DNA of 23,346 nt from an uncultured Deinococcales bacterium (lineage in GTDB: Bacteria > Deinococcota > Deinococci > Deinococcales > JAAFIG01). Position 1 is the stretch's first letter, and every line of letters starts with the position of its first letter. The notes beneath the pieces are model-generated. The model did no database searches, was not told where the DNA came from, and saw nothing but the letters and a program-made list of their open reading frames with translations. Of this stretch, positions 7,788 to 16,715 are shown piece after piece. Location: contig CAXTTL010000049.1 of NCBI GenBank assembly GCA_964247135.1, forward strand, positions 1-23,346, read 5' to 3'. A program made the translations under genes and the position numbers.

Positions 7788-9611
7788 ATGTTTGCCCCTC
7801 CTGGTCGCGCCGCACAAACCAAAAAACCGCCCACAGTAAAAGATTTTAACCAATTCAAACGCCTGTTGATGTTCACCAAGCCTTACCGTTGGCGTCTGGG
7901 GCTGGCAATTTTGGCAACGCTGGTCTCGAGCGGCTTGGGACTGGTATTTCCGCAGGTGATTGGCAAACTGATTGACGCCAGCTTCTTAAAAATCGGCTCC
8001 AAGGACACCTCGAGCCTCGACGGTACGGTTTTGATGCTGTTCGCGGTATTTGGCACGCAATTCTTGTTTGGTATCGTCCAAAATTATTCGCTGTCGTTCG
8101 TGGCTGCCAGCGTGGTCTCGGACTTGCGAAAAGCCGTATATGCACACCTGGCAAACATGTCAATCAAGTTCTTTGAGAATCGCAAAACGGGTGAAATCAC
8201 CTCGAGGTTGACCTCCGACGCGGGCACGATTCAGGGCATCGTTTCGACGGTGATCTCCAACCTCGTCTCGCAGAGCATTTCGCTGGTCGGCAGCATCGTG
8301 ATTTTATTGATCACCAATACCAAACTCAGCCTGGTGATGCTCTCGATTGTGCCGGTGATTGTGGTTGCCGCGATCTGGTTTGGACGCCGCATCCGTAAAA
8401 TCTCCAAAGAATTTCAAGACCGTGTCGCCGAAGCCAACGGTCACGCCGACGAAGCCATTTCGGGCATTCGGGTGGTGCAAAGTTTTACCGCCGAGACGCT
8501 CGAGGTTGACCGTTACAGCCAAGCCATCAACGCCTCGTTTGCGGTTGCCATGCGCCGCGCCCGCCTGAACGCTTTTTTCACGCCCAGCGTGTTCTTTGCG
8601 ATGTTCGGCGCGATCAGCGTGGTGCTTTGGTTCGGTGGGCGTTTGGTGATCCAAGGCGAAATCTCGCCAGGGCAACTGACCTCGTTTTTGTTTTACACCA
8701 TCTCGATTGCCGGCGCCATTGGCGGGCTGGCGGGCTTGTTCAGTCAAATTCAGGAAGCCTTGGGCGCATCCAGCCGCATTTTTGAACTGCTCGACGAAAA
8801 ATCCGAACTGATCGAAACGGCAAACCCAGTCAAACTCGAGCGGGTGATTGGTCGTGTCAGCCTCGAGAAAGTCAGTTTCAATTACGGTGATCGCGGCGAG
8901 GGCAAGGTGCTCGACAACGTTTCGCTCGAGGCTCAACCTGGCGAGGTGATTGCTCTGGTGGGTCCGAGTGGTGCGGGCAAAAGTACGCTGGTCACACTGA
9001 TTCCAAGGTTTTACGATGTCACGGGGGGTAAAATTTTGATTGACGGCATTGACGTGCGCGATTTCAGTTTGCATGATCTGCGCTCGAGCATCGGCATTGT
9101 GCCGCAAGAAACCCAGCTCTTTTCGGGAACGATTTTTGAAAACATTCGTTACGGCAAACCCGACGCCAGCGAACTCGAGGTCAAAGAGGCTGCCAAAGCC
9201 GCCAACGCCCACGACTTTATCTCGAGCTTCCAAGACGGTTACGAAACGCTGGTGGGCGAGCGCGGCGTGAAACTTTCGGGAGGGCAACGGCAACGGGTTG
9301 CGATTGCTCGAGCCATCCTCAAAAACCCGCGCATTTTGATCCTCGATGAAGCCACCAGCGCCCTTGATTCCGAATCTGAAAGCTTGGTGCAAGAAGCGCT
9401 CGAGCGACTGATGCAATCGCGCACGACTTTTGTGATTGCACACCGCCTCAGCACCGTTCGCAATGCCAACCGCATTGTGGTGCTCGAGAATGGCACGGTG
9501 ACCGAAGTTGGCACGCACGAGGCGTTGATGGTCAAAGGTGGGCTTTATAAAGATTTGTACGACCTTCAATTCCGTTCGAGTGACAATCTGAATCAACTCG
9601 AGATCAACTGA
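7788..9611 (+). CDS. ABC exporter, fused TMD-NBD half-transporter (MsbA/Sav1866-like)
   Basis: Six-TM domain, Walker A GPSGAGKST, signature LSGGQRQR, Walker B ILILDEATSALD and AHRLST. Start is probably ATG 7788 (TAGTCT 6 nt upstream). Confidence 0.95.
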   Translation: MFAPPGRAAQTKKPPTVKDFNQFKRLLMFTKPYRWRLGLAILATLVSSGLGLVFPQVIGKLIDASFLKIGSKDTSSLDGTVLMLFAVFGTQFLFGIVQNYSLSFVAASVVSDLRKAVYAHLANMSIKFFENRKTGEITSRLTSDAGTIQGIVSTVISNLVSQSISLVGSIVILLITNTKLSLVMLSIVPVIVVAAIWFGRRIRKISKEFQDRVAEANGHADEAISGIRVVQSFTAETLEVDRYSQAINASFAVAMRRARLNAFFTPSVFFAMFGAISVVLWFGGRLVIQGEISPGQLTSFLFYTISIAGAIGGLAGLFSQIQEALGASSRIFELLDEKSELIETANPVKLERVIGRVSLEKVSFNYGDRGEGKVLDNVSLEAQPGEVIALVGPSGAGKSTLVTLIPRFYDVTGGKILIDGIDVRDFSLHDLRSSIGIVPQETQLFSGTIFENIRYGKPDASELEVKEAAKAANAHDFISSFQDGYETLVGERGVKLSGGQRQRVAIARAILKNPRILILDEATSALDSESESLVQEALERLMQSRTTFVIAHRLSTVRNANRIVVLENGTVTEVGTHEALMVKGGLYKDLYDLQFRSSDNLNQLEIN

Positions 9612-9628
9612 AAATAGTGCAATGAACC

Positions 9629-9657
9629 TTGAAAATACCCTTTAAGTCTTTTACACT
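9629..9657 (+). promoter_or_regulatory. Sigma70-type promoter of the TA pair (leaderless)
   Basis: TTGAAA (9629-9634), 17 nt, TACACT (9652-9657), 6 nt, ATG 9664. Confidence 0.75.
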
Positions 9658-9663
9658 TGAGCC

Positions 9664-9849
9664 ATGACCAGTCCAGCCAAAACAACAACCAAAAGTGTTC
9701 GTAAGCCAGCCAACAAAACGGTGGTTAAACCTGTGGCTCAAGCCCCAAAAGTTGACCCTGTGATTGCCAAAACCAACAGCGAATTTTTTGGAACTTGGAC
9801 TGATCAAGAAGCAAAGGCTTTTGCCAAACGTCTTGGACGCAAGCTGTGA
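9664..9849 (+). CDS. Putative antitoxin, 61 aa, upstream of a PIN toxin
   Basis: Has its own promoter, and its stop overlaps the GTG of the PIN gene (GTGA). Position is typical of vapB. Confidence 0.7.
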   Translation: MTSPAKTTTKSVRKPANKTVVKPVAQAPKVDPVIAKTNSEFFGTWTDQEAKAFAKRLGRKL

Positions 9850-10250
9850 GTTTAAAAGCACGATTCGTCATCGATACCAACTTCGTGATCGAGCACCTTC
9901 GAGGCAATGAACAAGCCAAGAAGGTGTTTTCCATGTTGCTGCCCAAACAAATCTCTTTCAGTGTCATTACCTACCTCGAGTTTGCTGAAGGTGAGGCAAG
10001 TGTCAAACGCACAGCACGAGCCTCGAGAAGCTTACGGTTTTTTGAACCGTTCGAGCTTTTGCCTTTGAGCGTTGAAAGTGCAATCAAAACTGCTCGTGAA
10101 GGTGTTCGTCTGGGTGCATCAAGACGGGCTTTAAATGACTTGGCAATCGCTGCCACAGCGCTCGAGTATGGAAGAACTGTTCTCACCAAAAATATCACGG
10201 ATTTTACGGTGGTAAAAGGATTAAACGTACTTAATTGGGAAGACCTTTAA
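9846..10250 (+). CDS. vapC: PIN-domain VapC-type ribonuclease toxin
   Basis: PIN acidic residues present: IDTN, TYLEF, NDLAIAATA and LTKNITDF; 134 aa. Confidence 0.88.
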   Translation: MSLKARFVIDTNFVIEHLRGNEQAKKVFSMLLPKQISFSVITYLEFAEGEASVKRTARASRSLRFFEPFELLPLSVESAIKTAREGVRLGASRRALNDLAIAATALEYGRTVLTKNITDFTVVKGLNVLNWEDL

Positions 10251-10304
10251 CCATACCAGCTTCATCATCCTAGTCAAGCTAAGAACCTGGGTTAGAATCA
10301 CCAA

Positions 10305-10826
10305 GTGCCAGACTTAACCCAACTTGGAAAAGACATTGTCAAAGCCGCGTACCTCGAGGGGGATTTCTTGCTCTCGAGCGGTCAACGCAGCCAGTATTAT
10401 TTGGACAAGTACCGTTTTTCGACCCACCCAAAACTGTTAAAGCCAATAGCCGAAGGTTTGGCGGCACTCTTGCCAAGCGGTCTGACGGTTCTGGCAGGTG
10501 TGGAATTGGGTGCTGTTCCGCTCGTGACCGCGCTGTCGCTCGAGACTGGTTTACCGTTTGTGATTGTTCGCAAAGGCGCAAAAGATTACGGCACGGCAAA
10601 ATTGCTCGAGGGTGTGCTGCCCGACGGCGCGAAACTGGCGTTGGTCGAGGATGTGCTAACCACGGCAGGACAAGCGATTCGGGCGGCGAACATTTTAAAA
10701 GATTTGGGCGCGAGCATCGAAAAAATTGTCTACGTGGTTGACCGCGAACAGGGTGCGGATGCCAACATTCGGGCGGCAGGTTTTGAACCCGCAGCCCTTT
10801 TCACCAAAACCAGCCTGGGTATTTGA
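10305..10826 (+). CDS. pyrE: Orotate phosphoribosyltransferase
   Basis: Motifs GDF.LSSG..S.YY.D, IVRK..KDYGT and PRPP-binding VEDVLTTAG. Leaderless (TAGAAT 10293-10298). Confidence 0.95.
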   Translation: MPDLTQLGKDIVKAAYLEGDFLLSSGQRSQYYLDKYRFSTHPKLLKPIAEGLAALLPSGLTVLAGVELGAVPLVTALSLETGLPFVIVRKGAKDYGTAKLLEGVLPDGAKLALVEDVLTTAGQAIRAANILKDLGASIEKIVYVVDREQGADANIRAAGFEPAALFTKTSLGI

Positions 10827-10925
10827 GAATCTGCGCATTTAAAACTCGAGATTTCCAAATCAAATTTCTGGTATCCTCTCGAGCCAGATCAAGGCACTGT
10901 GATTGCTCGAGGAATTTCATTTTTT

Positions 10926-13514
10926 ATGGACGACCAAAACCCCACCCGCGTACCCCCAAGCAACCTCGACGCCGAAGCCAGCGTACTCGGCTCTATTCTT
11001 CTGGACAACGAGGCGTACTCGAGTCTCGAGGGAATGTTGCGCCCTGACATGTTTTACAAGGAAGCCAACCGCAAGATTTTCATGGCGATGGAAAACTTGA
11101 TTCAACGCGGTTCGCCCGTCGATACAGTCACGATTGTCGAAGAGCTGCGCACCAAAAACCAGATCGATGAAGTTGGTGGCGTGGCGTACCTGGTGGGTTT
11201 GTCCGACAGCGTGCCGACCAGCGTGTACTCCAAATTTTACGCCGGCATCGTGGTCGAAAAAGCGGGTTTAAGAAACTTGATTTCTGCCTCAAGCAAGATC
11301 ATGCAGCTTGCCTACGACGAATCTGCACCCGTGGGCGAGTTGATGGACCGGGCGGAAAAACTGATTTTTGAGGTTTCGACCCAGAAAAAACAGCAGACCT
11401 TTCTGGGAATGCACGAACTGGTGACTGAAACCTTCGAGTACATTTCCACGCTGACCAGCAACCCAAATTTTAGTACGGGCGTGCCGACAGGTTTCCGTGA
11501 TCTTGACGAGATGACCACAGGCTTGCAACCAGGGTCTTTGAATGTGTTGGCGGCTCGCCCGAGCATGGGCAAATGCCTGACCGCCAACACAATCATGGAC
11601 GTTCCAGGCACGGGCGAACGCATCAGGCTAGAGGAATTCATACAGCGCCAATTGCGGTGCGTGTACGGTGTGGCTGCCAGTGGCAAAGTCCGCCCGACGT
11701 TTGTGAGCAATCACATTGACAGTGGCATCAAACCCGTTTGGCGCGTCACTACACGACTTGGCAGGTTCGTTGAAGTCACAGGGCATCATCCGTTCTTAAC
11801 CGCAACAGGTTGGCAACCGCTTCATGACCTCAAAATTGGCGACAGCATCGGCGTCCCTCGAGAGATGGCTTTGTTCGGTGATGACTCGAGCAGCCCTGTT
11901 GAGCTGGCGCGTTTGATGGCGTATTTCATTGCGGAGGGTGGTTTGACGGACAGCAGCCCAGAGTGGACAAACACCGATCCAGTGCTCATTCAGGATTTCT
12001 CGAGCATCATTGCAGATTTTTTCCCAGAACTCAGTTTGCGTCAAGAGAAAATCACTTACGTTATCGCCCGATCTTATGTTCATGGCACACAAAAAAACCA
12101 AGCCAACCCACTGACTCAGTGGCTGAGGTCGCTCGAGTTGTGGGGCAAATCGGCGCTCGAGAAACAATTTCCAGATTGTGTCTGGCGTTTTGATGAAAGC
12201 CGATTGCGTGAATTCTTGCGGGTTTTGTTCAGTTGCGACGGTTCAATTTACAGTTTGCAAGGGAGGGCGCGGATTGAGTTCACGGTGGCTTCAGAACACT
12301 TGGCTCGAGATGTGCAACACGCGCTGGTGAAGTTTGGGATTGTCGCCAAGTTCTGGCAAAAAACCGAACGCTCTTACCGTGTGGAAATCACCGATCCTGA
12401 AGCGATTGCCAGATACCAAACCCGCATTGGTTGGTTGGGCGAAAAATCAACTCGAGTCTTTGAAACTCCTCGAGTTCGTGACAGCCGCAGCAACCTTGGG
12501 CATGTTTCAAAAGAAGTTTGGGAACGTGTGAAAATACTTGCCAAAGCTGGTGGTTTGTCCTTGACCAAACTTGCCGAACTCAGTGGCGAGAACGTCTCAA
12601 GCGGTTACAACGCTCACATCAATCGCAGTTTGCCACAATCGAGATTGCGACGTTACGCCGAGATTCTCGAGGATCGAGAATTGTCAAAACTCGCACACCC
12701 AGATTTGTACTGGGACACCATCTCGAGCATCGAATACTTGGGCGAACAGCAAGTCTACGACCTGACCGTGCCTGATGGCGCGAACTTTATTGCCCAAGAT
12801 GTTTGCGTTCACAACACTGCCTTCGCGCTGTCTATAGCGCAGAATATTGCCATCAGGCAAAACAAAACCGTGGCAGTCTTCAGCCTCGAGATGCCCGCCT
12901 CGCAACTCGTCTTGCGCATGTTGTGCGCCGAAGCTCGAGTGGACATGAACCGCGTGCGCAGTGGGGCTTTGAACGATAAAGACTTTGAAAGATTGGTCAA
13001 CGCGGCGGGTAAACTTGCCGAAGCGCCACTGTTTATTGATGATGCCAGCGATTTAAATATTACTGAGTTGCGCTCAAAGTCGCGTAAATTAATGGCAGAA
13101 CGTGATTTGCAAATGATTGTGATTGATTACATGCAGCTTATGTCTGGTTCACCAGGCAAAGGCAATGGTGGTGACAACCGGCAGCAAGAAATCTCGGTGA
13201 TCTCGAGGGGATTAAAGTCTTTGGCTCGAGAACTCAATATTCCGGTGCTTGTCTTGTCGCAGTTATCTCGAGCGGTGGAAGCACGCCCGAACCACCGTCC
13301 AATGTTGTCTGATCTTCGTGAATCTGGCGCGATTGAACAGGATGCAGACTTGGTTGCTTTCATTTACCGTGATGAATATTATCATAAAGACAGTGAAAAG
13401 CAAGGAATTGCCGAGATTATTATTGGTAAACAACGCAACGGTCCAGTTGGAACCTGCGAGTTACAATTTCACTCGCAGCACGTGCGTTTTAACGATCTGG
13501 CTCGAGAAGGCTAG
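10926..13514 (+). CDS. dnaB: Replicative DNA helicase DnaB, intein-containing
   Basis: N-terminal PP.NLDAE.SVLG, Walker A AARPSMGK|TAF split by the intein, and motifs FSLEM, IDYMQL, LSQLSR, DLRESGAIEQDAD and KQRNGP. Start is probably ATG 10926. Confidence 0.97.
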   Translation: MDDQNPTRVPPSNLDAEASVLGSILLDNEAYSSLEGMLRPDMFYKEANRKIFMAMENLIQRGSPVDTVTIVEELRTKNQIDEVGGVAYLVGLSDSVPTSVYSKFYAGIVVEKAGLRNLISASSKIMQLAYDESAPVGELMDRAEKLIFEVSTQKKQQTFLGMHELVTETFEYISTLTSNPNFSTGVPTGFRDLDEMTTGLQPGSLNVLAARPSMGKCLTANTIMDVPGTGERIRLEEFIQRQLRCVYGVAASGKVRPTFVSNHIDSGIKPVWRVTTRLGRFVEVTGHHPFLTATGWQPLHDLKIGDSIGVPREMALFGDDSSSPVELARLMAYFIAEGGLTDSSPEWTNTDPVLIQDFSSIIADFFPELSLRQEKITYVIARSYVHGTQKNQANPLTQWLRSLELWGKSALEKQFPDCVWRFDESRLREFLRVLFSCDGSIYSLQGRARIEFTVASEHLARDVQHALVKFGIVAKFWQKTERSYRVEITDPEAIARYQTRIGWLGEKSTRVFETPRVRDSRSNLGHVSKEVWERVKILAKAGGLSLTKLAELSGENVSSGYNAHINRSLPQSRLRRYAEILEDRELSKLAHPDLYWDTISSIEYLGEQQVYDLTVPDGANFIAQDVCVHNTAFALSIAQNIAIRQNKTVAVFSLEMPASQLVLRMLCAEARVDMNRVRSGALNDKDFERLVNAAGKLAEAPLFIDDASDLNITELRSKSRKLMAERDLQMIVIDYMQLMSGSPGKGNGGDNRQQEISVISRGLKSLARELNIPVLVLSQLSRAVEARPNHRPMLSDLRESGAIEQDADLVAFIYRDEYYHKDSEKQGIAEIIIGKQRNGPVGTCELQFHSQHVRFNDLAREG
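11574..12815 (+). mobile_element. Intein (414 aa) with a LAGLIDADG homing endonuclease, inserted in the DnaB P-loop
   Basis: Begins Cys (CLTANT), block B TGHHPF, LAGLIDADG-like LMAYFIAEGG and FLRVLFSCDGS, ends VYDLTV...NFIA...VHN, followed by Thr at +1. Confidence 0.95.
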
Positions 13515-13598
13515 TTTTTAGCCGTCAACAAAACCAAACCTCCAGAACAACGCAACTTTGACTTGTCAGTTTTGTGCTTATTCTGTTAAAATCAGAAT

Positions 13599-13832
13599 AT
13601 GAAGTCGCGCTTTCATCAACCGCTCACTGGTATCTCGAGTTACAACTTGGTGCTGGCATGTCCGTCGTGCGCGGCTCGAATGGAGCTGGTTGACCTTCGG
13701 GATGGCGATCAGGCGTACTGGTGTCATACTTGCCAACGTGGTTGGCGTGCGGGGCATTTACCAGAAACATCGAGGTACAAGAAAAACACCAAACTTGAGC
13801 GAAACGATACTTCGGAAGATCACGCCGCATGA
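13599..13832 (+). CDS. Small zinc-ribbon protein (CPSC...CHTC)
   Basis: Two CxxC motifs. Promoter TTGTCA-N18-TAAAAT with extended TG lies 6 nt before the ATG. Confidence 0.75.
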   Translation: MKSRFHQPLTGISSYNLVLACPSCAARMELVDLRDGDQAYWCHTCQRGWRAGHLPETSRYKKNTKLERNDTSEDHAA

Positions 13833-13941
13833 AAAGGACTTGAGTGCAAGCTCAAGACCTCATGCCTAAAAATTACCTTCTCATTCATTTTGCTCCTCTA
13901 AACTGAATTCAGAGGAATGGTTTTCACCTCGCGGAGCAAAA

Positions 13942-14175
13942 ATGATTACGGTCACAGCCTTCAAACTCGAGCATCACCGTGCGATTCAAGCCGAACAAAC
14001 TGGCATGTATCACGTTGCGGTTCAAAACTACTTGCATTGCCTTGAAAGTGTGCAAAGTGTCAGCGATTCTGATATGACCGCCGTGTTTGCCCAGGCTTTG
14101 GAGCATTGTTACCGCAAAATGGGTTTGTTCGAGAAAGCCGCCAAATACGCCCGTTTAAATGTGGTCAAAGCCTAA
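13942..14175 (+). CDS. Small helical (TPR-like) hypothetical protein
   Basis: SD GGAG before the ATG. TPR-like pattern 'A.QNY..CL...L..CY.KMGL.EKA..Y'. Confidence 0.65.
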   Translation: MITVTAFKLEHHRAIQAEQTGMYHVAVQNYLHCLESVQSVSDSDMTAVFAQALEHCYRKMGLFEKAAKYARLNVVKA

Positions 14176-14223
14176 GTTTGATATTTGCACCCTAATGCGC
14201 CCCAATGCGGTATCATGCGCGTG

Positions 14224-14946
14224 ATGAGCCAGCCGAGCAACAGCAGCGACGTTCTCGAGCAACTGCTAAAAGTGCAGTCACTCGACCTCGAACTCGACAA
14301 ACTCAAGTTTGATGAGGCAAGCATCCCAGGTGATCTTGCCGCAACACGCGACGAGAGAGCTTTATTGCTTGCAAAGCTCGAGAGCACCAAAGCCGAACAC
14401 GCGGCGGTCCGTCGGCAGGTCAGCGCGGCAGAGCTGGAACTCAGAGATTTGTCGGCAAAGCGCGAGCGTTCCAAGGTCGATCAGCAAAACTCGAGCAGCG
14501 TCAAAGAGCAATCGCAGTATGCGAGCGTGATCTTGCAACTCGACACGCGCATCGAAGACCTCGAGAATGACAGTTTGCCGTTGATCGAAAAAATGGAATC
14601 CCTGGCGGCAAAAGTTGCTGGTCTTGAGGGCAATTTAAGCGAACTCGAACCAAAATTGCTCGAGCTTGAAAGCTTGGACGATGACCGCATCAAGGCGCTG
14701 CAAGCCAGCTTTGAGGGCAAGATGGCAACCCGCAACGACCTCGCCGAAGACATTGATTTTGACGTGTTGCGCGAGTACAACGCGGTTCGCAAAGCCAAAA
14801 AAGGCGCGGGCATTGTGCCGATTGTCATGGGCAAATGCGGCGGTTGCAAAATGCAGTTACCCATGAACATCGTGCAACGCGTCATGGGCGGCGCGGTTCC
14901 GGTCAAATGCCCTTCGTGTGGGCGGATTCTCACGCCGCGCAGCTAA
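14224..14946 (+). CDS. Coiled-coil protein with a C-terminal C4 zinc ribbon (CT398/DUF164-like)
   Basis: L..LQ.LD.E.D N-terminus, long heptad region, and CGGC...CPSCGRIL. Start is probably ATG 14224 (TATCAT 7 nt upstream). Confidence 0.88.
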   Translation: MSQPSNSSDVLEQLLKVQSLDLELDKLKFDEASIPGDLAATRDERALLLAKLESTKAEHAAVRRQVSAAELELRDLSAKRERSKVDQQNSSSVKEQSQYASVILQLDTRIEDLENDSLPLIEKMESLAAKVAGLEGNLSELEPKLLELESLDDDRIKALQASFEGKMATRNDLAEDIDFDVLREYNAVRKAKKGAGIVPIVMGKCGGCKMQLPMNIVQRVMGGAVPVKCPSCGRILTPRS

Positions 14947-14949
14947 ATC

Positions 14950-15411
14950 ATGACGCTCGAGACGCCCGTTGTGCGCCGCGCCAACAAGCGTGATCTCGAG
15001 ACGTTGATGAACCTCTGCCTGGCATGGACGGACGCACCCGCCAGGCGCGACCCTGAACGCCTGCGCGAACTCCTCGAGCAAGCCCTGTCCGACGACGACG
15101 CGACCATGTACCTGGCGGTCCTGGATCAGATCAGCGTCGGTTTTGCCCATGTCACCTTTCAAGCCCGTCCGGTGCGTTTGGGTTGGCGTGCCACGATTGA
15201 GGAATTGCACGCCCAGGGTGATTTTGCCGGACGCGTCGAAACCCCACTGCTCGAGGCGATTGTGACCGAGTGCCGTGATCGCGGCGATGTGATCGCGCTG
15301 TATTTGCTGACCCAACCCGACCTCGAGCCGCACCAGTTTGATTTTTACTCGAGTTTGGGTTTTAAGGAACGTGGACGCGCCGTGCTGATCTGGTCTGGAG
15401 CGTTGGTTTAA
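14950..15411 (+). CDS. GNAT-fold acetyltransferase
   Basis: Motifs VRRA...D, VGFA, IEEL and FY.SLGFKE. The acetyl-CoA-binding motif A looks degenerate. Confidence 0.75.
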   Translation: MTLETPVVRRANKRDLETLMNLCLAWTDAPARRDPERLRELLEQALSDDDATMYLAVLDQISVGFAHVTFQARPVRLGWRATIEELHAQGDFAGRVETPLLEAIVTECRDRGDVIALYLLTQPDLEPHQFDFYSSLGFKERGRAVLIWSGALV

Positions 15412-15446
15412 CTCGGGTCGGCTGACAATTCGGGTAGACTGCGAAT

Positions 15447-16049
15447 GTGTCCCCGATTTCGTTCGAGCATCGAGCCATCAACACCCGTCAACAAATTGTT
15501 TTGGGGTTGATGAAACTTTTTGGCTGGAAAAGTATTCTTGCGCCCGCGCCAAACAAGAAATTTGTGGCGCTCGGTTATCCGCACACCTCGAACTGGGATT
15601 TTATTCCCGCCGTGGCTTGGGCTTGGTCAACGGGTTTGAAAATGAATTTTGTCGGCAAAGCCGCACTGTTCAAAGGCATCATGGGACCAATCATGAGACG
15701 TTTGGGTGGCATTCCGCTCGAGCGTGACAAATCCAAAAACTTTGTCGATCAGATTGTCGAGATCATCAACTCCAGGGACGAAATTGCCCTGATTGTTGCG
15801 GCAGAGGGCACCCGAAAAAAAGCCGAATACTGGCGCAGCGGTTTTTACTACATGGCGCTCGAGGCAAACGTGCCGATTGGCTTGGCGTACATGGATTGGA
15901 AACGCCGCGAGATTGGCATTAAACAGTATTTGATGCCCACGGGCGACCTCGAGAAAGACTTCGAGATCATCAAAGCCTATTATCAAGGCGTGGTTGGGCA
16001 CGACCCAGACAAGCAAAGTCCAATCATCTTAAAACCCAAAGAAGTTTGA
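15447..16049 (+). CDS. Lysophospholipid (PlsC-like) acyltransferase
   Basis: HX4D motif PHTSNWD, plus F.GK..LF, EGTR and SGFY. Leaderless (TAGACT 15435-15440). Confidence 0.9.
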   Translation: MSPISFEHRAINTRQQIVLGLMKLFGWKSILAPAPNKKFVALGYPHTSNWDFIPAVAWAWSTGLKMNFVGKAALFKGIMGPIMRRLGGIPLERDKSKNFVDQIVEIINSRDEIALIVAAEGTRKKAEYWRSGFYYMALEANVPIGLAYMDWKRREIGIKQYLMPTGDLEKDFEIIKAYYQGVVGHDPDKQSPIILKPKEV

Positions 16050-16051
16050 AC

Positions 16052-16420
16052 TTATGCCAGTCCCAACTCGAGTTTAAGTTGCGCCAAGAATTCGTTCTCA
16101 TTGGGGGCGATGTCATCCGAAATCAGCAGTTCTTCAATGGCTGCCACGGCGTCAATCTTAACTTGTGAGCCATCAAAAACCGCACAGAGTTGCTTTAAAT
16201 AATTGGCTTTCGCCGTCTCGGAACTCGCCGCCCGAGCGCGGGCGTAAGAGGCATTTTTATAACTCGAGACGCTGATGCCCGAAGTCCAAGGCAATGCCAG
16301 CAAATCAGCCTCGAGGAACTCGGTTTCGATATCCGAAAAGGCTTTGTCGGTCATGGTCGCAAACACCAGCAAATCGACCAGCGCCTCGAGTTGTGTTTGG
16401 TTCATCCGTTCTGTTTGCAT
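16052..16420 (-). CDS. TerB-like hypothetical protein
   Basis: Two repeats of the TerB-like 'D....E' helix-loop (MTDKAFSDIE; ISDDIAPNE). SD AGGAG upstream. Confidence 0.7.
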   Translation of the reverse strand: MQTERMNQTQLEALVDLLVFATMTDKAFSDIETEFLEADLLALPWTSGISVSSYKNASYARARAASSETAKANYLKQLCAVFDGSQVKIDAVAAIEELLISDDIAPNENEFLAQLKLELGLA

Positions 16421-16496
16421 AAAATCTCCTGTTGATTCCTACCAATCTTAAGCCAGTATCGTTGGGTATTCACAGTCAGCCGCGTATACTCGAACC

Positions 16497-16715
16497 GTGT
16501 CTCGAGCCTTTGTCAAAGAAGACAACCAAATCCCCGAACCCGAGAGGGCGGGCGAGTTTAGGGCGTTGTGGGGCTTGTCCCGCAGCCAGATTGAACCAGA
16601 CATCAAATTTAGCAGCGACGATTTGAATGCCGTGATCAAATGGGCACGCTCGAGAATCGGTGGTTTTTACTTGCTGCTCGACTCGAGCGGAACAATTTTG
16701 GGCGAAGTCGATTAA
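16497..16715 (+). CDS. Hypothetical 72-aa protein starting MSRAFVKED
   Basis: TATACT (16485-16490) lies 6 nt before the GTG. Stop overlaps the convergent amidase stop. Confidence 0.7.
   Translation: MSRAFVKEDNQIPEPERAGEFRALWGLSRSQIEPDIKFSSDDLNAVIKWARSRIGGFYLLLDSSGTILGEVD

Noticed and set aside
8304-9596. 430-aa antisense ORF (also 6417-7331, 20029-20634, 20957-21502 and similar)
   Set aside because: These are shadow ORFs opposite well-supported genes and have no recognisable motifs.
13315-13345. Second DnaB intein at the RESG site
   Set aside because: The sequence reads continuously as DLRESGAIEQDAD with no insertion.
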